Source of the DNA: the human T2T-CHM13v2.0 reference genome, Homo sapiens
Strand: one strand, 5' to 3'
Length of the DNA: 64,000 nucleotides
Assembly: GCF_009914755.1 (NCBI RefSeq)
Contig: NC_060942.1
The notes beneath the pieces were generated by a model, which saw only the letters and a list, made by a program, of their open reading frames with translations, was not told the origin of the DNA and searched no databases. A program made the translations under genes and the position numbers. Below, in pieces: positions 62,817 through 64,000 of this stretch (positions are counted from its first letter, which is position 1; the number at the start of each line of letters is the position of its first letter).

Positions 62817-63561
62817 TGTGAACCCCGAAAATCTGAGACAGGGCTCAGTGAATTTATAAAGTTTATTTTGCCAAAGTCGAGAACGCGCGCCCATGACACA
62901 GTCTCAGGAGGTCCTCACGACATGTACCCAAGGTGGTCAGAGCACAGCTTGGTTTTATACGTTTTAGGGAGACATGAGACATCAGTTGACATATGTAAGA
63001 TGAACATTGGTTCGGTTCGGAAAGGCGGGGTCTCGGTGGCATCAATCAACATATGTAAGATGAACATTGGTTCGGTTCGGAAAGGCGGGGTCTCGGTGGC
63101 ATCAATCAACATATGTAAGATGAACATTGGTTCGGTTCGGAAAGGCGGGGTCTCGGTGGCATCAATCAACATATGTAAGATGAACATTGGCTCGGTTTGG
63201 AAAGGCGGGGCCTCGGCATCAATCAACATGTAAGATGAACATTGGTTCGGTTTGGAAAGGCGGGGTCTCGGTGGCATCAATCAACATATCCATTAGGAAA
63301 GGCAGGGCAACTTGAAGTAAAAGGGGGACAACTCGAAGCTGGGAGGGGGCTTCCAGGTCACAGGTAAGTGGGAGACAACGGCTGCATTCTTTTGAGTTTC
63401 TCATTAGCTTTTCCAAAGGAGGCAATCAGATATGCATTTATCTCAGTGAGCGACGGGTGACTCTGAGTACAATGGGAGGCAGGTTGGCCCTAAGCAGTTC
63501 CCAGCTTGAGTTTTTCCTTTAGCTTAGTGATTGTGGGAGCCCAAGGAATTTTCCTTTCACA
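62817..63561 (-). mobile_element. MER4A-type ERV1 solo LTR with internal VNTR
   Basis: Minus strand TGTGAAAGGAAAAT...CAAAATAAACTT...GATTTTCGGGGTTCACA. Confidence 0.88.
62980..63288. repeat. 60-bp tandem repeat, about 5 copies
   Basis: 63001-63060, 63061-63120 and 63121-63180 are identical. Confidence 0.97.
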
Positions 63562-63647
63562 ACTTACTGAGGATCTACACTGTGAGTCTCTGTCCTGGGT
63601 ACTGAGTAGACATTGGAGAGTGAAATTGACAAGGTCGCTTGTCCTAT

Positions 63648-64000
63648 TGAGAGGTGACAGCGTGCTGCCAGTCCTCAGAGCCCTCACTTGCTCGGCGCCT
63701 CCTCTGCCTGGGTTCCCACTTTGGCGGCACTTGAGGAGCCCTTCGGCCCGCCACTGCACTGTGGGAGCCCCTTTCCGGGCTGGCCAAGGCTGGAGCCCAC
63801 TCCCTCAGCTTGCAGGGAGGTGTGGAGGGAGAGGCGCGAGCAGGAACTGGGGCTGCACGCGGCGCTTGCGGGCCGGCTGGACTTCTGGGTGGGCGTGGGC
63901 TTGGGGGGCCCCGCACTCGGAGCAGCCGGCTGGCCCTGCGGGCCCCAGGCAGTGAGGGGCTTAGCACCCGGGCCAACGGCTATGGAGAGTGTACTGGGTC
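63648..64000 (+). mobile_element. LTR12C (HERV9) 5' portion, runs off the window
   Basis: TGAGAGGTGACAGCGTGCTG.CAGTCCTCAGAGCCCTC..GGCGGCACTTGAGGAGCCCTTC; GC/CpG-rich. Confidence 0.92.

Overview
Primate genomic DNA, most likely human or great ape (AluY and LTR12C are present). It is repeat-dominated and I find no credible protein-coding gene, RNA gene or CRISPR array. Contents: about 43 Alu elements or fragments, many L1 fragments, MaLR, MLT2, LTR8/HUERS-P1, MER65, MER4A and LTR12C retroviral remnants, DNA-transposon MITEs (MER1A, MER2, MER5, MER53, MER58) and several minisatellites. Two processed-pseudogene fragments are recognisable: a 5'-truncated RPS3 retrocopy with poly(A) and TSD (46025-46307, minus) and a spliced cyclin D3 (CCND3) coding fragment (37749-38239, plus). 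The CCND3 fragment is the most unusual item. It has no poly(A), 3'UTR or TSD and lies inside a two-LTR MER65-type provirus (about 29416-39245, minus), so it could be a retrovirally captured host cDNA, although its antisense orientation argues for caution. Several small DNA-repair or template-switch scars are also visible. Repeat family names come from recalled consensus sequences, not a database search, and repeat boundaries are approximate.
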